Below are positions 39,093 to 48,009 of a stretch of 64,000 nt of DNA, piece by piece. The translations under genes and the position numbers were made by a program. Position 1 is the first letter of the stretch. Every line of letters starts with the position of its first letter. Location of the stretch: positions 14,976 to 78,975 of the forward strand of contig BEHE01000010.1 of NCBI GenBank assembly GCA_002898395.1. Direction: 5' to 3'. A model generated the notes under the pieces. That model had not been told where the DNA came from and did no database searches. It worked only from the letters and a program-made list of their open reading frames with translations. Source of the DNA: Candidatus Calditenuaceae archaeon HR02 (GTDB taxonomy: Archaea > Thermoproteota > Nitrososphaeria_A > Caldarchaeales > Calditenuaceae).

Positions 39093-41144
39093 TTAATCGG
39101 GCTCAACCTCAAGCCACCCAGCCATCTCTAGGTGTAGTGGCGAGCAGAACTCGACGCAGTAGAAGCAGAACACGCCTGACACGTCTGCGACGAACTCTAC
39201 TGTAGTTGTCTCGCCGGGCTCGACGCTGGCCATCACGTTATACTCGCTGACAGCGAACGCGTGGGTTGCGTCCTTCGTCGTCTCCACGTTCGTCAGGTGT
39301 ATCCTCACCAGATCGCCCTGCTTCACCCTGATGATGTCGGGCGTGATCGTGCTCCTAATGAGGGTGGCGTAAACCTCGGTCACCCACTTCCCATTCTCCT
39401 GCTTCCTCTCGATCCTCTCCTGGCCCTTCTTAATGGCGTACGGGCTGACCTCGAAGGTCTCGGGATCGAACCCCACCGGCGAGTAGACCTCCCACGGCTT
39501 CAGCTTCGTCGTGAGGATCATCTTGGCGTAGTGTGGCTCGCCGATTCCGATCGGCATGTCGTAAAGGAGCTCCATCTTGTCTCCGGAGATGTCGATCAGC
39601 TGGAAGTTCTGCGGCAGCAGCGGCCCCACGTCAACGAACCTGTCAACCGACCACTTGTTCAGGGCGATGAGGTACTTCCCCTTCGGCGAAGGCGAGTTGC
39701 TCTCAGTGGTGCAGATGTGTCCGACGTTGTAGTGGATGGGTATCTCGCCGATTTTAGTGAAGGGCTTGTCTCCGGTATAGTCCGGAGGCCCGAGCGTGTA
39801 CTGGTCCACGGTGTTCCCGATGAAGCAGCTCACGTACCCGCGCCCCTTGTCGTCGAACTCGTTGTGCAGGGGGCCGAGGCTCGTCTCGATCTGCGCCGCC
39901 TTGACGTCCTCGAACCTGAGGACCGGTACGCCGTACCTGTCAGTCCCCGCGAACCTCTGGTTCCTGATGGCGTCCTTGATCTTCTCGACGTCGTAGATCG
40001 TCACCGCTGGCGCCAGCTTCCCTCCTATAACGACGTACCTGCCGCTGGGAGAGATGTCGCAGCCGTGCGGACTCTTGGGCTCAGGAGCGAAAAAGAGGAC
40101 GCCCTCCTTGGCAGCCACATCGAGCGGCACCGCCTTAATCCCGTTCATCTCGACGTACTTACCCTGCCTGACCAGCTCCTCAGCCCTCTTCCAGTTGATG
40201 ATGTGGAGGTAGTCGAAGTCGTTCTTGGAGGCACCGACCTCCAGCGACGGCTTACCCTCCAGAACGCCCCCTATGTGGAGCTCCGTGTTGATGGAGTTCA
40301 TGAAGGCCCAGCCGTCGCTCGGCCCCCATCCGACGACCTCAAGGTCCTGCATGTACGGCGGAAGCTCGATCTGGAAGCTCCTGCTCAGGTCGAACCTACC
40401 GGTCTTCCTGTCAAAGGCGATGAAGTTGGCTGTACCCCTGAAGAACTCCTCGAAGTTCTTCTCGGTGAGCTTGATGTAAGTCTTCCCGGGCTTATATCCC
40501 TTGCCCGGCTCCCATGGCGCTGGGAACTGGCTGCCACATGCCACGTACTCGGTGTTCGGCGTCGCGCATGCTCCTCCGTGCTGGGTCTGGGTGTTAGGGA
40601 GCTTCACGATGTCCTTCGTCTCGAAGTCCCTGAGGCTGATCGAAGCTATTCGGGCGTTGAGCTTGTCGCCGATGAAGGCCCACTCGCCGTCGTACTCCGC
40701 ATTCGTCCTGCTGATCTCCGGATGGTGCGTGTCGCCCAGCGTCAGGAGTCTGATGCCGTTAGATCCCTTGTAGAGGAGCTTCATTGTCTTGACGTCTCCG
40801 TATCCGTAACCCTGCCAGGGCTCGGGCGTGAAGACCGCGATGACCTTGAGGAGCCTCATCGAGGGTACGCCTATCACTAGGACCTGACCCGAGTGGCCGC
40901 CCGAGGAGATCATGAGGAACTCGTCCTTCCATCCTCCAGGGACGTATGTCTTCAGGGCGGCCCTAGCGTGGATCAGTTCGAGCTTCCTCTGCTCGATTAT
41001 TTCGACGAGCTCCTTCCCTAGCGGGGGTGCCGTCGGCGTGAGGAGTCTTCCCCCCGTGAAGCCGGCCGCGGCCCCGGCCACTAGTCCGGCACTGAGAACT
41101 GATAGGAACTTCCTCCGGCTGCTGTTAGACTTAACTACGCCCAA
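39093..41144 (-). CDS. nosZ: nitrous-oxide reductase (clade II-type sequence, Tat signal)
   Basis: SGGHSGQV, DTHHP, PHGCD, GPLH, NVGH, EPHY (CuZ); H..CVEFCSPLHLEM (CuA); SRRKFL. Confidence 0.97.
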   Translation of the reverse strand: MGVVKSNSSRRKFLSVLSAGLVAGAAAGFTGGRLLTPTAPPLGKELVEIIEQRKLELIHARAALKTYVPGGWKDEFLMISSGGHSGQVLVIGVPSMRLLKVIAVFTPEPWQGYGYGDVKTMKLLYKGSNGIRLLTLGDTHHPEISRTNAEYDGEWAFIGDKLNARIASISLRDFETKDIVKLPNTQTQHGGACATPNTEYVACGSQFPAPWEPGKGYKPGKTYIKLTEKNFEEFFRGTANFIAFDRKTGRFDLSRSFQIELPPYMQDLEVVGWGPSDGWAFMNSINTELHIGGVLEGKPSLEVGASKNDFDYLHIINWKRAEELVRQGKYVEMNGIKAVPLDVAAKEGVLFFAPEPKSPHGCDISPSGRYVVIGGKLAPAVTIYDVEKIKDAIRNQRFAGTDRYGVPVLRFEDVKAAQIETSLGPLHNEFDDKGRGYVSCFIGNTVDQYTLGPPDYTGDKPFTKIGEIPIHYNVGHICTTESNSPSPKGKYLIALNKWSVDRFVDVGPLLPQNFQLIDISGDKMELLYDMPIGIGEPHYAKMILTTKLKPWEVYSPVGFDPETFEVSPYAIKKGQERIERKQENGKWVTEVYATLIRSTITPDIIRVKQGDLVRIHLTNVETTKDATHAFAVSEYNVMASVEPGETTTVEFVADVSGVFCFYCVEFCSPLHLEMAGWLEVEPD

Positions 41145-41193
41145 CCTTCACCACATCCTTCCAACATTATCGATTTAGCGGATAAAGAAAAGT

Positions 41194-41217
41194 ATGTGTT
41201 TAACATGTTAGACACAT
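41194..41217. promoter_or_regulatory. palindromic operator candidate upstream of nosZ
   Basis: ATGTGTTTAACATGTTAGACACAT, a 24-bp palindrome with one mismatched pair; related core TTAACGTGTTAA at 39085-39096. Confidence 0.6.
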
Positions 41218-41347
41218 CTTAAGGAGCACCCTATTCTTTCCCTCACACCGTGTTTCCCCCGGCATCAACCTAGAGTATACGATATCACTGAAGATAGATA
41301 TTACCACGACCTCTGAATTCTTAGCGTTGAAGACCCGGTCGACTAAA

Positions 41348-41900
41348 TTAAAACAGAGTGCGTAGTATTGGGTTCGAGATTATGTATTTTTCATCCTTTT
41401 TCTCCACTACCCTTGTTTTATCAACGTTTCTAGGAGGCGTGATAGTTGTGCATTTGGGATTGACCTGTTCTCCCATAGCTCTACAGCACGTTTAATATCT
41501 GACCATCTCACATTACCCTTAATTATGGCTCTCAAAATCTGTTTGTAATGTCGTGAACGGTGGAATAGGTGGGATAATTCGCTTTTAACCATCGCCATTG
41601 CCTCCGCCAAAACAGCCTCTAGAAGATTCTCATCAACTCTTTTTTCATGGATGCTCTATATCCGAAATAGGTTAACCATCCCACGACTTTGTCCAGAACA
41701 TCCATGGTCCTTCGCAACACATTTTCATCGGGGTTTATGCCTTGCTCCCTAAAGCCTTCTCTGAGGAAGCGGAGGGACTTTTCACTGCTAAACTTTTCAA
41801 GCACTATTTCTTCTCTGACTCTGCGTGCAGCGGGCTTTCAGGGTCATCGGCTCCTATAAAATCCATCAGCAGGCCGACCTCGAAGCCAGTGAGATGGGAC
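41348..41900 (-). pseudogene. archaeal AAA-family ATPase (PF01637-like) remnant, C-terminal half
   Basis: frameshifted pieces LTGFEVGLLMDFIGADDPESPL / EKFSSEKSLRFLREGF..GWLTYFG / RHYKQILRAI..RWSDIK / EKKDEKYIISNPIL. Confidence 0.8.
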
Positions 41901-41950
41901 CTGATGCGTGGGAGATTGTCGTGTGAATAGGTTGATGACGCTCCTGAAAT

Positions 41951-42101
41951 CTAATAAAGCGCCGACGAGGGAAGAGCTTAGGAAAATAGTTATGGCAGCG
42001 GACTTGAGAGGAGAGGCCTTATTAACGATGTTCCGTCAAGCGAAATGGGAATAGGAGAGCTTCTAAGCCTAAGGGTTAAAGATGTAGACTTCAACAAGAG
42101 G
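41951..42101 (+). pseudogene. tyrosine recombinase remnant (start of catalytic domain)
   Basis: KAPTREELRKIVMAADLRG.ALLTM, frameshift, then SSEMGIGELLSLRVKDVDFNKR (box I with Arg lost). Confidence 0.75.
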
Positions 42102-42129
42102 CTAAGGTGCAAAGTTTTTATGTCCTAGT

Positions 42130-42176
42130 GTGATGAGTGCCCCCATAATATTGTGTAGAGCGCTATGCCTAGCTGA
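42130..42176 (+). ncRNA. possible box C/D sRNA
   Basis: GTGATGA...CTGA spanning 47 nt; internal D'/C' boxes poor. Confidence 0.25.
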
Positions 42177-42309
42177 AAACAGGCATGAGAGCTTAGCAAC
42201 TATGCAGAAAGCAGACAGATATGTATATGACCCAAGAAGACGTCTCTTCTAAAGGTTGGTCTGGATGAGGACGGACAGCCATATGTCTATTTGGACATGG
42301 GAGGAAAGG

Positions 42310-42670
42310 GAAGATCGAGCGTTATCGCAAACTGTCTTGGAGTTCAACTTTTTCATGAAGCTTTGCGCTCTTGATGTCGGCATCATTAAAATCAAACACT
42401 TCTTAACACCGTGGACATAATCCTTTATCGTGTGCGGAGCAATACCTATTCTGCTCAAGTAGCTTACAAACTCATCATAGGAGCTAGTATGGATCAGGCC
42501 TTCCTGCCTTTATTTCCCATAGTACATCGTTAGGTAGCCGTTTTTGAAGCTGCAGATGACGCATAAGGTAGTTAGCCTTACCTCCTTGGAGTTGGTGCTC
42601 TTAAACCTTCTATAAGTCTTCTCGAGGAAGCCTTTTATCTGTGCTTCTATCTTGTTTTTATGTTCCTTTC
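42310..42670 (-). pseudogene. tyrosine recombinase remnant (N-terminal core-binding domain)
   Basis: frameshifted FLEKTYRRFKS / EIKAGRPDPY / DEFVSYLSRIGIAPHTIKDYVHGVKK / DIKSAKLHEKVEL / RQFAITLD. Confidence 0.6.
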
Positions 42671-42763
42671 CTCACCGGTAAGCTTCTTGGTCTAGTATCT
42701 TCGTCTTCAATAAATAGAAACGAATTTTGCTTATAATATTTTATAAAAAGTCAAAGTATATAG

Positions 42764-44281
42764 CTAGATGTCGAAGTAGAGGTAGAATTCGTAGGGGTGT
42801 GGGCGTGCGGAGACCTGTGTGTGTTCTTTCAGACCGTTCTCTATTATTGTCTCTATGAGTTCGCTTGGGAATATGGGTTTTAGGAAGTCGTGGTCTGATT
42901 CAAGCTCTTCTATGGACTCTCTGAGGCTTCCGGGGAGCTGCTTGATTCCAAGCTGCCTCCTCTTTTCAGGCGATAGCTTGTATATGTCCTCGTCGACTGG
43001 GTCTCCTATGTCGATCTTCTTCTTGATTCCGTCGAGTCCGGCAGCCATCATGGCTGCGAAGCAGAGGTATGGGTTGCATGATGGGTCTGGTGTCCTGAAT
43101 TCGATTCTTTTCTTCGCGCTTGCGGCGCGGCCCCTGTGGTATACGGGTACTCTCACGTTTGCTGATCTGTTGCTTCTGCTCCAGGCTATGAAGACTGGGG
43201 CCTCGTATCCGGGTACGAGTCTCCTGTAGCTGTTGGTTGTGGGTGCTACTATTGCGCAGAGGGCTCTGCTGTGCTCTAGTAATCCTCCTCCGAAGTATCT
43301 GCCGAGCTGGCTTAGCTCAGCGTAGTCATCATTCTCGTCGTAGAACAGGTTTTCATGACCATCTAGCTGTAGGATGGTGTGGCCGGGGTTTGACTTGGTC
43401 TTTCCGCTTCTCTGCCATAGGCTGACGTGGGTGTGCATGCCTGATGCGTTGTCGCCAAAGATTGGTTTTGGCATAAATGTGGCGATCATTCCGCTCTTGG
43501 CTGCTAGGTTTTTGACAACGAATTTGTATGTTATGGAGTTGTCTGCCATATTTGTGAGGGTGTCCCTGTACATGTCTATCTCACACTGCCCCGCTGTAGC
43601 TACTTCGTGGTGGTGGGCGTCGCAAGGTATGTGGAAATGATCCGAAAGTATATTGACGCACTCGGACCTGAAGACCATTAACGTGTCGTGGGGTGGAGCG
43701 GGGTAGTAGCCCTCCTTAAACCTGATGGGATAGTTGGTTCCTGCGCTACTCCAGGCCGCCTCCTTCGACTCAATGCTATAAGACTGTCCCCTGTAGGCGT
43801 CTAGGACGTCCCAGTGGACTTTGTCGAAGACGAAAAACTCGATCTCGGGCCCCCAGAAGGAGAGGTCATATCCCTGCTCAGCCGCATACATCTCCGCCTT
43901 CTGAGCAACATGGCGTGGGTCCTTCTCCAGCCTTCCACGCGCCATTCCCCAGCCGACATTGCATATCATCCTCGCGGTCTTCACATGGTCAGGTATCCAT
44001 GGGATGATGGCATAGGTTGAGGGGTCTGGATATAGCACTAGGTCGGACTCGTGTATGTCTACGAATCCCCTGATAGATGAGCCGTCAAGCTTTGGGACGC
44101 CTGAGGAGAATGAATCCTCGTCAAGGAATTTGGCTGGAATCGTTACGTGCTGGAGCCTGCCCGGAACATCCGTGAACTGGAGGTCAATGTATTTTATGCC
44201 ATCCCTTTCAACGCTCTCCAACACTTGGTCAAGGCCCATCCTCCACGGTACGAGTTCGCCGTTCTCAAAGACAAATGGCAT
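42764..44281 (-). CDS. glnA: glutamine synthetase type I
   Basis: DGSSIRGF, HHHEVATAGQCEI, FMPKP..DNASGMH, NSYRRLVPGYEAP, IEFRTPD. Confidence 0.97.
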   Translation of the reverse strand: MPFVFENGELVPWRMGLDQVLESVERDGIKYIDLQFTDVPGRLQHVTIPAKFLDEDSFSSGVPKLDGSSIRGFVDIHESDLVLYPDPSTYAIIPWIPDHVKTARMICNVGWGMARGRLEKDPRHVAQKAEMYAAEQGYDLSFWGPEIEFFVFDKVHWDVLDAYRGQSYSIESKEAAWSSAGTNYPIRFKEGYYPAPPHDTLMVFRSECVNILSDHFHIPCDAHHHEVATAGQCEIDMYRDTLTNMADNSITYKFVVKNLAAKSGMIATFMPKPIFGDNASGMHTHVSLWQRSGKTKSNPGHTILQLDGHENLFYDENDDYAELSQLGRYFGGGLLEHSRALCAIVAPTTNSYRRLVPGYEAPVFIAWSRSNRSANVRVPVYHRGRAASAKKRIEFRTPDPSCNPYLCFAAMMAAGLDGIKKKIDIGDPVDEDIYKLSPEKRRQLGIKQLPGSLRESIEELESDHDFLKPIFPSELIETIIENGLKEHTQVSARPHPYEFYLYFDI

Positions 44282-44635
44282 GCCTTCGACACACCCCCAC
44301 TAAGGAATTAGGCTGAGGAGTTGCCGCGGCCGCGTTGACTGTCTGTCCATCAATAAAGGCTACTTTGTGTCCATCTGCTACGATTTTTCCACGTCTTACC
44401 GTTTTATGGACCATCATTTGGCGAATATTGGCTAATAAGTCATATTTAAACATGTCATTAGCCGAGGCGATAAATATTGAGTAAAGTAAACAATTTCTCC
44501 CCCAATCCGGGCATTCATTAAACATTATTCAAATCGTGCTGACGTGTAATGCAGGCGCTCATGAGCCGAAGGTAAAACTCCTTTCGCTCTGCGCGGGAAG
44601 TAGATATTTAGGTGAGAGTACCTTAGTTTTCATCT

Positions 44636-46933
44636 GTGCAGTCAGCGGTCTATGTCGGTAAGCCTATTCCGCGGAAGGAGGATCTGAGGTTTTTAACAGG
44701 TAGGGGCAGGTTCATAGATGATATAAGTCTCCCGAGGATGCTCTATGCGGCCTTTCTTAGGAGCCCTTACGCCCACGCGAGGATAACTAGTATCGATGTA
44801 TCTGGCGCACTTCAAAACGGCGCGGTGGCCGCCTTCACCGGCCAAGAGCTTAACAAGATGTGTGGTGGCATACATCTAGATGTACCGCGGGGGCGGAAGG
44901 ATTTTGTGGTTAAGCCTCTCGCAGAGGGCAAGGTTAGGTATGTTGGCGAGCCTGTCGCTGTTGTAGTTGCTAACGACCCCTACACCGCGCGGGACGCTCT
45001 GGAGTACATTAACGTGGATTACGAGAGGCTTGAGCCGGTTGTGGATCCTCTTGAGGCTTCTAAGCCCGGTGCGCCTATCATACACGATGATTTCCCGGAC
45101 AATATCTGCTTTACTAGGAAGCGTGTCTATGGCGATATCGAGGCGGCCTTCAGGGAGGCCGACAAGGTCGTTGATGTCCAGTTGAGGATACAGCGGCTTG
45201 TCCCCTCTGCGATGGAGTGTCGTGGTGTGGTGGCCATTTTTGACGAGGGTGTCGGATACCTGAGGATCTGGGCCACTAAACAATTCCCGCACGACTTTCG
45301 AGGCTGGACGGCAGAGGCCCTCGGAATATCTGAGTCGAAGATTCATGTTATAGCGCCAGACATAGGCGGGGCATTTGGCTCGAAACTCGAGCACTACCCT
45401 GAAGATGTAGTGATTCCCCTCTTAGCTAAATTGCTTGGACGGCCTATAAAGTGGATTGAGACGCGTAGTGAGAACTTCCACTCCACAACTCATGGAAGGG
45501 GTAGTGCGGCTTGGGTTGAGGCGGCCGTGAAGAATGACGGCAGGCTACTCGGGGTTAGAGCTAAGATCTTGACAGATCTCGGCGCCTATCCATACTTCTC
45601 CACGATACAGGTTCCCGAGGGGATTGTCGGGATGTTGCCGGGTTGCTATAAGCTGAGAGGCTTGGAGGCTGAGGTAACTGGCGTCTTCACCAATAAAGTT
45701 CCAACGGCGGCGTATAGGGGTGCGGGCAGGCCAGAGGCCTCATACATTATTGAGCGGACTATGGATAGAATTGCGAGAGAGCTGGGAATCGACCCAGCCG
45801 AGGCTCGGAGAAGAAATTTCATCAGGCCAGAGGAGTTCCCCTACGAGACAATAACCGGCCACAAGTATGACTCTGGGAACTATGAACAAGCGCTTAACAA
45901 GGCGCTCAAGATTGTGGGCTATGAGGAGCTCAGGCATAGACAGTCAGAGCTAAGGGCTGCTGGGAAGCTGCTGGGCATAGGAATCTCAAGCTACATCGAG
46001 GTATGTAACTTTGCCCCTACCCCCGCTATAGTGAGTGTGGAGAAGGATGGGAGGGTCAAGGTGGTATCTGGAACGCTGCCGCACGGTCAGGGCGAGGAGA
46101 CTGCATTCGCCCAGATAGCTGCTGACGCGTTGGGTGTGGATATAAAAGATGTCGACGTCATATTTGGAGATACTTCTCTAATCGGGTGGGGGCCGGGGAC
46201 AGCGGGTAGCTGGACACTAGCGTCCGGCGGTAATGCGGTCCTACAAGCTTCTATGAAGGTGAGAGACAAGATATTGAGACTTGCAGCCCACATGCTGGAG
46301 GTTAGGCCCGAGGACTTGGAGATCGTTGACGGCAAGGTTGGAGTGAAAGGCGTCCCAGAGAAGTCCGTGAAGATTAAGGAGGTCGCTGCCCTAGCGTATG
46401 ACCCTTCAGGACTGCCTGCCGGTATTGAGCCTGGACTCTCTGCAGAGGTGGGCTACAGTCCACAGCTGACGTATCCATTTGGGACGCATGTGGCCGTAGT
46501 CGAGATTGATTTGGAGACGGGAAGGGTAGAGGTGAAGAGGCTAGTGCTTGTCGATGACTGTGGAAGGGTTGTTAACCCGCTTCTAGTTGAGGGGCAGGTA
46601 ATTGGCGGGGCGGTCCAGGCCCTAGCTCAAGCCCTCTACGAAGAGGCTTTCTTTGATAGTGATGGAAACCTAGTCAACTCCAACTTTGGGGACTATCTTA
46701 TTCCTACTGCCGTCGAGATACCTGAAATCCAGACGGAGAGGACCGAGACGCCTGCCCCTAACCCGCTGGGGGCAAAAGGTGTCGGGGAGGCTGCGACAAT
46801 AGGCTTGACACAGGCCGTGGTAAATGCTGTTGAGGATGCACTCGCACCGCTCGGTGTAAGGGTAGTGGATACGCCGCTAACACCCTACCAGGTTTGGCGC
46901 ATAATACGGGAAAAACTCCCGAAATCGGGTTGA
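44636..46933 (+). CDS. xanthine-dehydrogenase family molybdopterin large subunit (CoxL form II/CutA-like)
   Basis: RKEDLRFLTGRG, IGGAFGSK, AYRGAGRPEA, GAKGVGE. Confidence 0.92.
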   Translation: MQSAVYVGKPIPRKEDLRFLTGRGRFIDDISLPRMLYAAFLRSPYAHARITSIDVSGALQNGAVAAFTGQELNKMCGGIHLDVPRGRKDFVVKPLAEGKVRYVGEPVAVVVANDPYTARDALEYINVDYERLEPVVDPLEASKPGAPIIHDDFPDNICFTRKRVYGDIEAAFREADKVVDVQLRIQRLVPSAMECRGVVAIFDEGVGYLRIWATKQFPHDFRGWTAEALGISESKIHVIAPDIGGAFGSKLEHYPEDVVIPLLAKLLGRPIKWIETRSENFHSTTHGRGSAAWVEAAVKNDGRLLGVRAKILTDLGAYPYFSTIQVPEGIVGMLPGCYKLRGLEAEVTGVFTNKVPTAAYRGAGRPEASYIIERTMDRIARELGIDPAEARRRNFIRPEEFPYETITGHKYDSGNYEQALNKALKIVGYEELRHRQSELRAAGKLLGIGISSYIEVCNFAPTPAIVSVEKDGRVKVVSGTLPHGQGEETAFAQIAADALGVDIKDVDVIFGDTSLIGWGPGTAGSWTLASGGNAVLQASMKVRDKILRLAAHMLEVRPEDLEIVDGKVGVKGVPEKSVKIKEVAALAYDPSGLPAGIEPGLSAEVGYSPQLTYPFGTHVAVVEIDLETGRVEVKRLVLVDDCGRVVNPLLVEGQVIGGAVQALAQALYEEAFFDSDGNLVNSNFGDYLIPTAVEIPEIQTERTETPAPNPLGAKGVGEAATIGLTQAVVNAVEDALAPLGVRVVDTPLTPYQVWRIIREKLPKSG

Positions 46934-46975
46934 AGTAATACTTTCGTATTATTCTAAATAAGTTGATGCAAATGT

Positions 46976-46983
46976 TTATATAG
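46976..46983 (+). promoter_or_regulatory. TATA box of putative ncRNA
   Basis: TTTATATA about 20-25 nt before the GC-rich structured segment; no + strand ORF follows. Confidence 0.55.
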
Positions 46984-47004
46984 GGGACCATAATTTCTTA
47001 TGGA

Positions 47005-47188
47005 GCGGGGCGCCCGGGATAGGGGAGATCCGAGAGGCGTCAGGGAAACCTGGCGTCTCTGGGAGCCTCCAGTCTCGTGGACCCAACGGGAAACCGTGGG
47101 CAAAGGGATTGGAGAGGGTGCTCACGGTGTGCGTGGGGCCTAGGGGTCTAACACGCACGTCGCGCGCCCTCCCCGAAAGGCGCCCCGT
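47005..47188 (+). ncRNA. putative structured non-coding RNA of unknown family
   Basis: terminal helix 47006-47014/47179-47187 and three internal helices, two with GAAA tetraloops; G-U pairs; upstream TATA. Confidence 0.7.
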
Positions 47189-47193
47189 CTAAT

Positions 47194-47892
47194 TTACGGA
47201 GCAAACATGTGTCTGAGGACCCTCTCATAATACTGTTCCGGGGAATATTCTATCATCTCCAGGTCGTCGATGTTGAGGACGATTATGGAGTGTATTCTGC
47301 AGTTGCGTAGCTCGTCTATCTGGATGGGAGGCCTGCTGTAGTAGATGTCGCAGAGGCTCTTCAGCGACTCCACTTCTCCAGCCTCTCTAAGCCTTGGCGG
47401 CTTCAACAAGGGTTCCGGGATCTCCAGAATGTTGTAGCGGGGGGTTGCTAGGCTGAACTTGTCAGCATACTTACTGTATCGCGCAACCTTACTAACCACT
47501 CGGGCCCGGAGATACCTCTGAGGGTCGAGGGCGGCTTCAGGCGGGGCGAAACCGGTTTCTATCTCAATGATGTGGGTGCTTCCTCCCTTCTCGCCAAAGA
47601 CGTCACAGACGAGTGAATCGCCGAGATACCTTTCCACATCAACCTCATACCCAAGCCTCGCCAAGTGCCCCGCGCAGATAACCTCCATCACCGAATGATT
47701 AATCTTAACTAGTCCTCTCTGATGCATGTCGATGAGCTTCGCTCCAATCCTGTAGAGCTGATCTCTGAGAGACTGGCCTAGCAACCCTGCTAGCCTCTCT
47801 ACCAACGCGGTGATGTCTCTAGCAAAATCGCTTTCACTCGGTCTATCAGCGTGCTTGGCTACTTCCCGCTCACTCGGCTGGTCGCTGCTCAC
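47194..47892 (-). CDS. hypothetical protein with PD-(D/E)XK-like motif
   Basis: 232-aa ORF; GYEVDVE..CDVFGEK..IIEIETG. Confidence 0.7.
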   Translation of the reverse strand: MSSDQPSEREVAKHADRPSESDFARDITALVERLAGLLGQSLRDQLYRIGAKLIDMHQRGLVKINHSVMEVICAGHLARLGYEVDVERYLGDSLVCDVFGEKGGSTHIIEIETGFAPPEAALDPQRYLRARVVSKVARYSKYADKFSLATPRYNILEIPEPLLKPPRLREAGEVESLKSLCDIYYSRPPIQIDELRNCRIHSIIVLNIDDLEMIEYSPEQYYERVLRHMFAP

Positions 47893-48009
47893 TGATGAAT
47901 AAGTAGGTTTGGTCTTGTCATTAAAGTCTATCTCTTTCCGCCTGGCCCTTCACTTTAAAACGTTTCGCGACGAGTAATTCTTAGCTAGGGTGGAGGGGTG
48001 GTGTCAGTG

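Noticed and set aside
39261-40880. 539-aa ORF antisense to nosZ
   Set aside because: Shadow frame produced by the strong G/C codon bias of nosZ; no recognisable motifs.
44265-44525. 86-aa ORF upstream of glnA, and the many short antisense ORFs in the track
   Set aside because: They overlap promoters or well-supported genes and show no protein motifs.
44636-46933. true aerobic CO dehydrogenase (form I CoxL)
   Set aside because: Has AYRGAGR rather than AYxCSFR, and no cox accessory genes nearby.
47005-47188. RNase P, SRP, 5S rRNA or Moco-riboswitch identity for the structured RNA
   Set aside because: No GAGGAAAGUCC-type P4 strands, no SRP helix-8 motif, wrong length for 5S; it lies downstream of the Mo enzyme and precedes no co-oriented gene.
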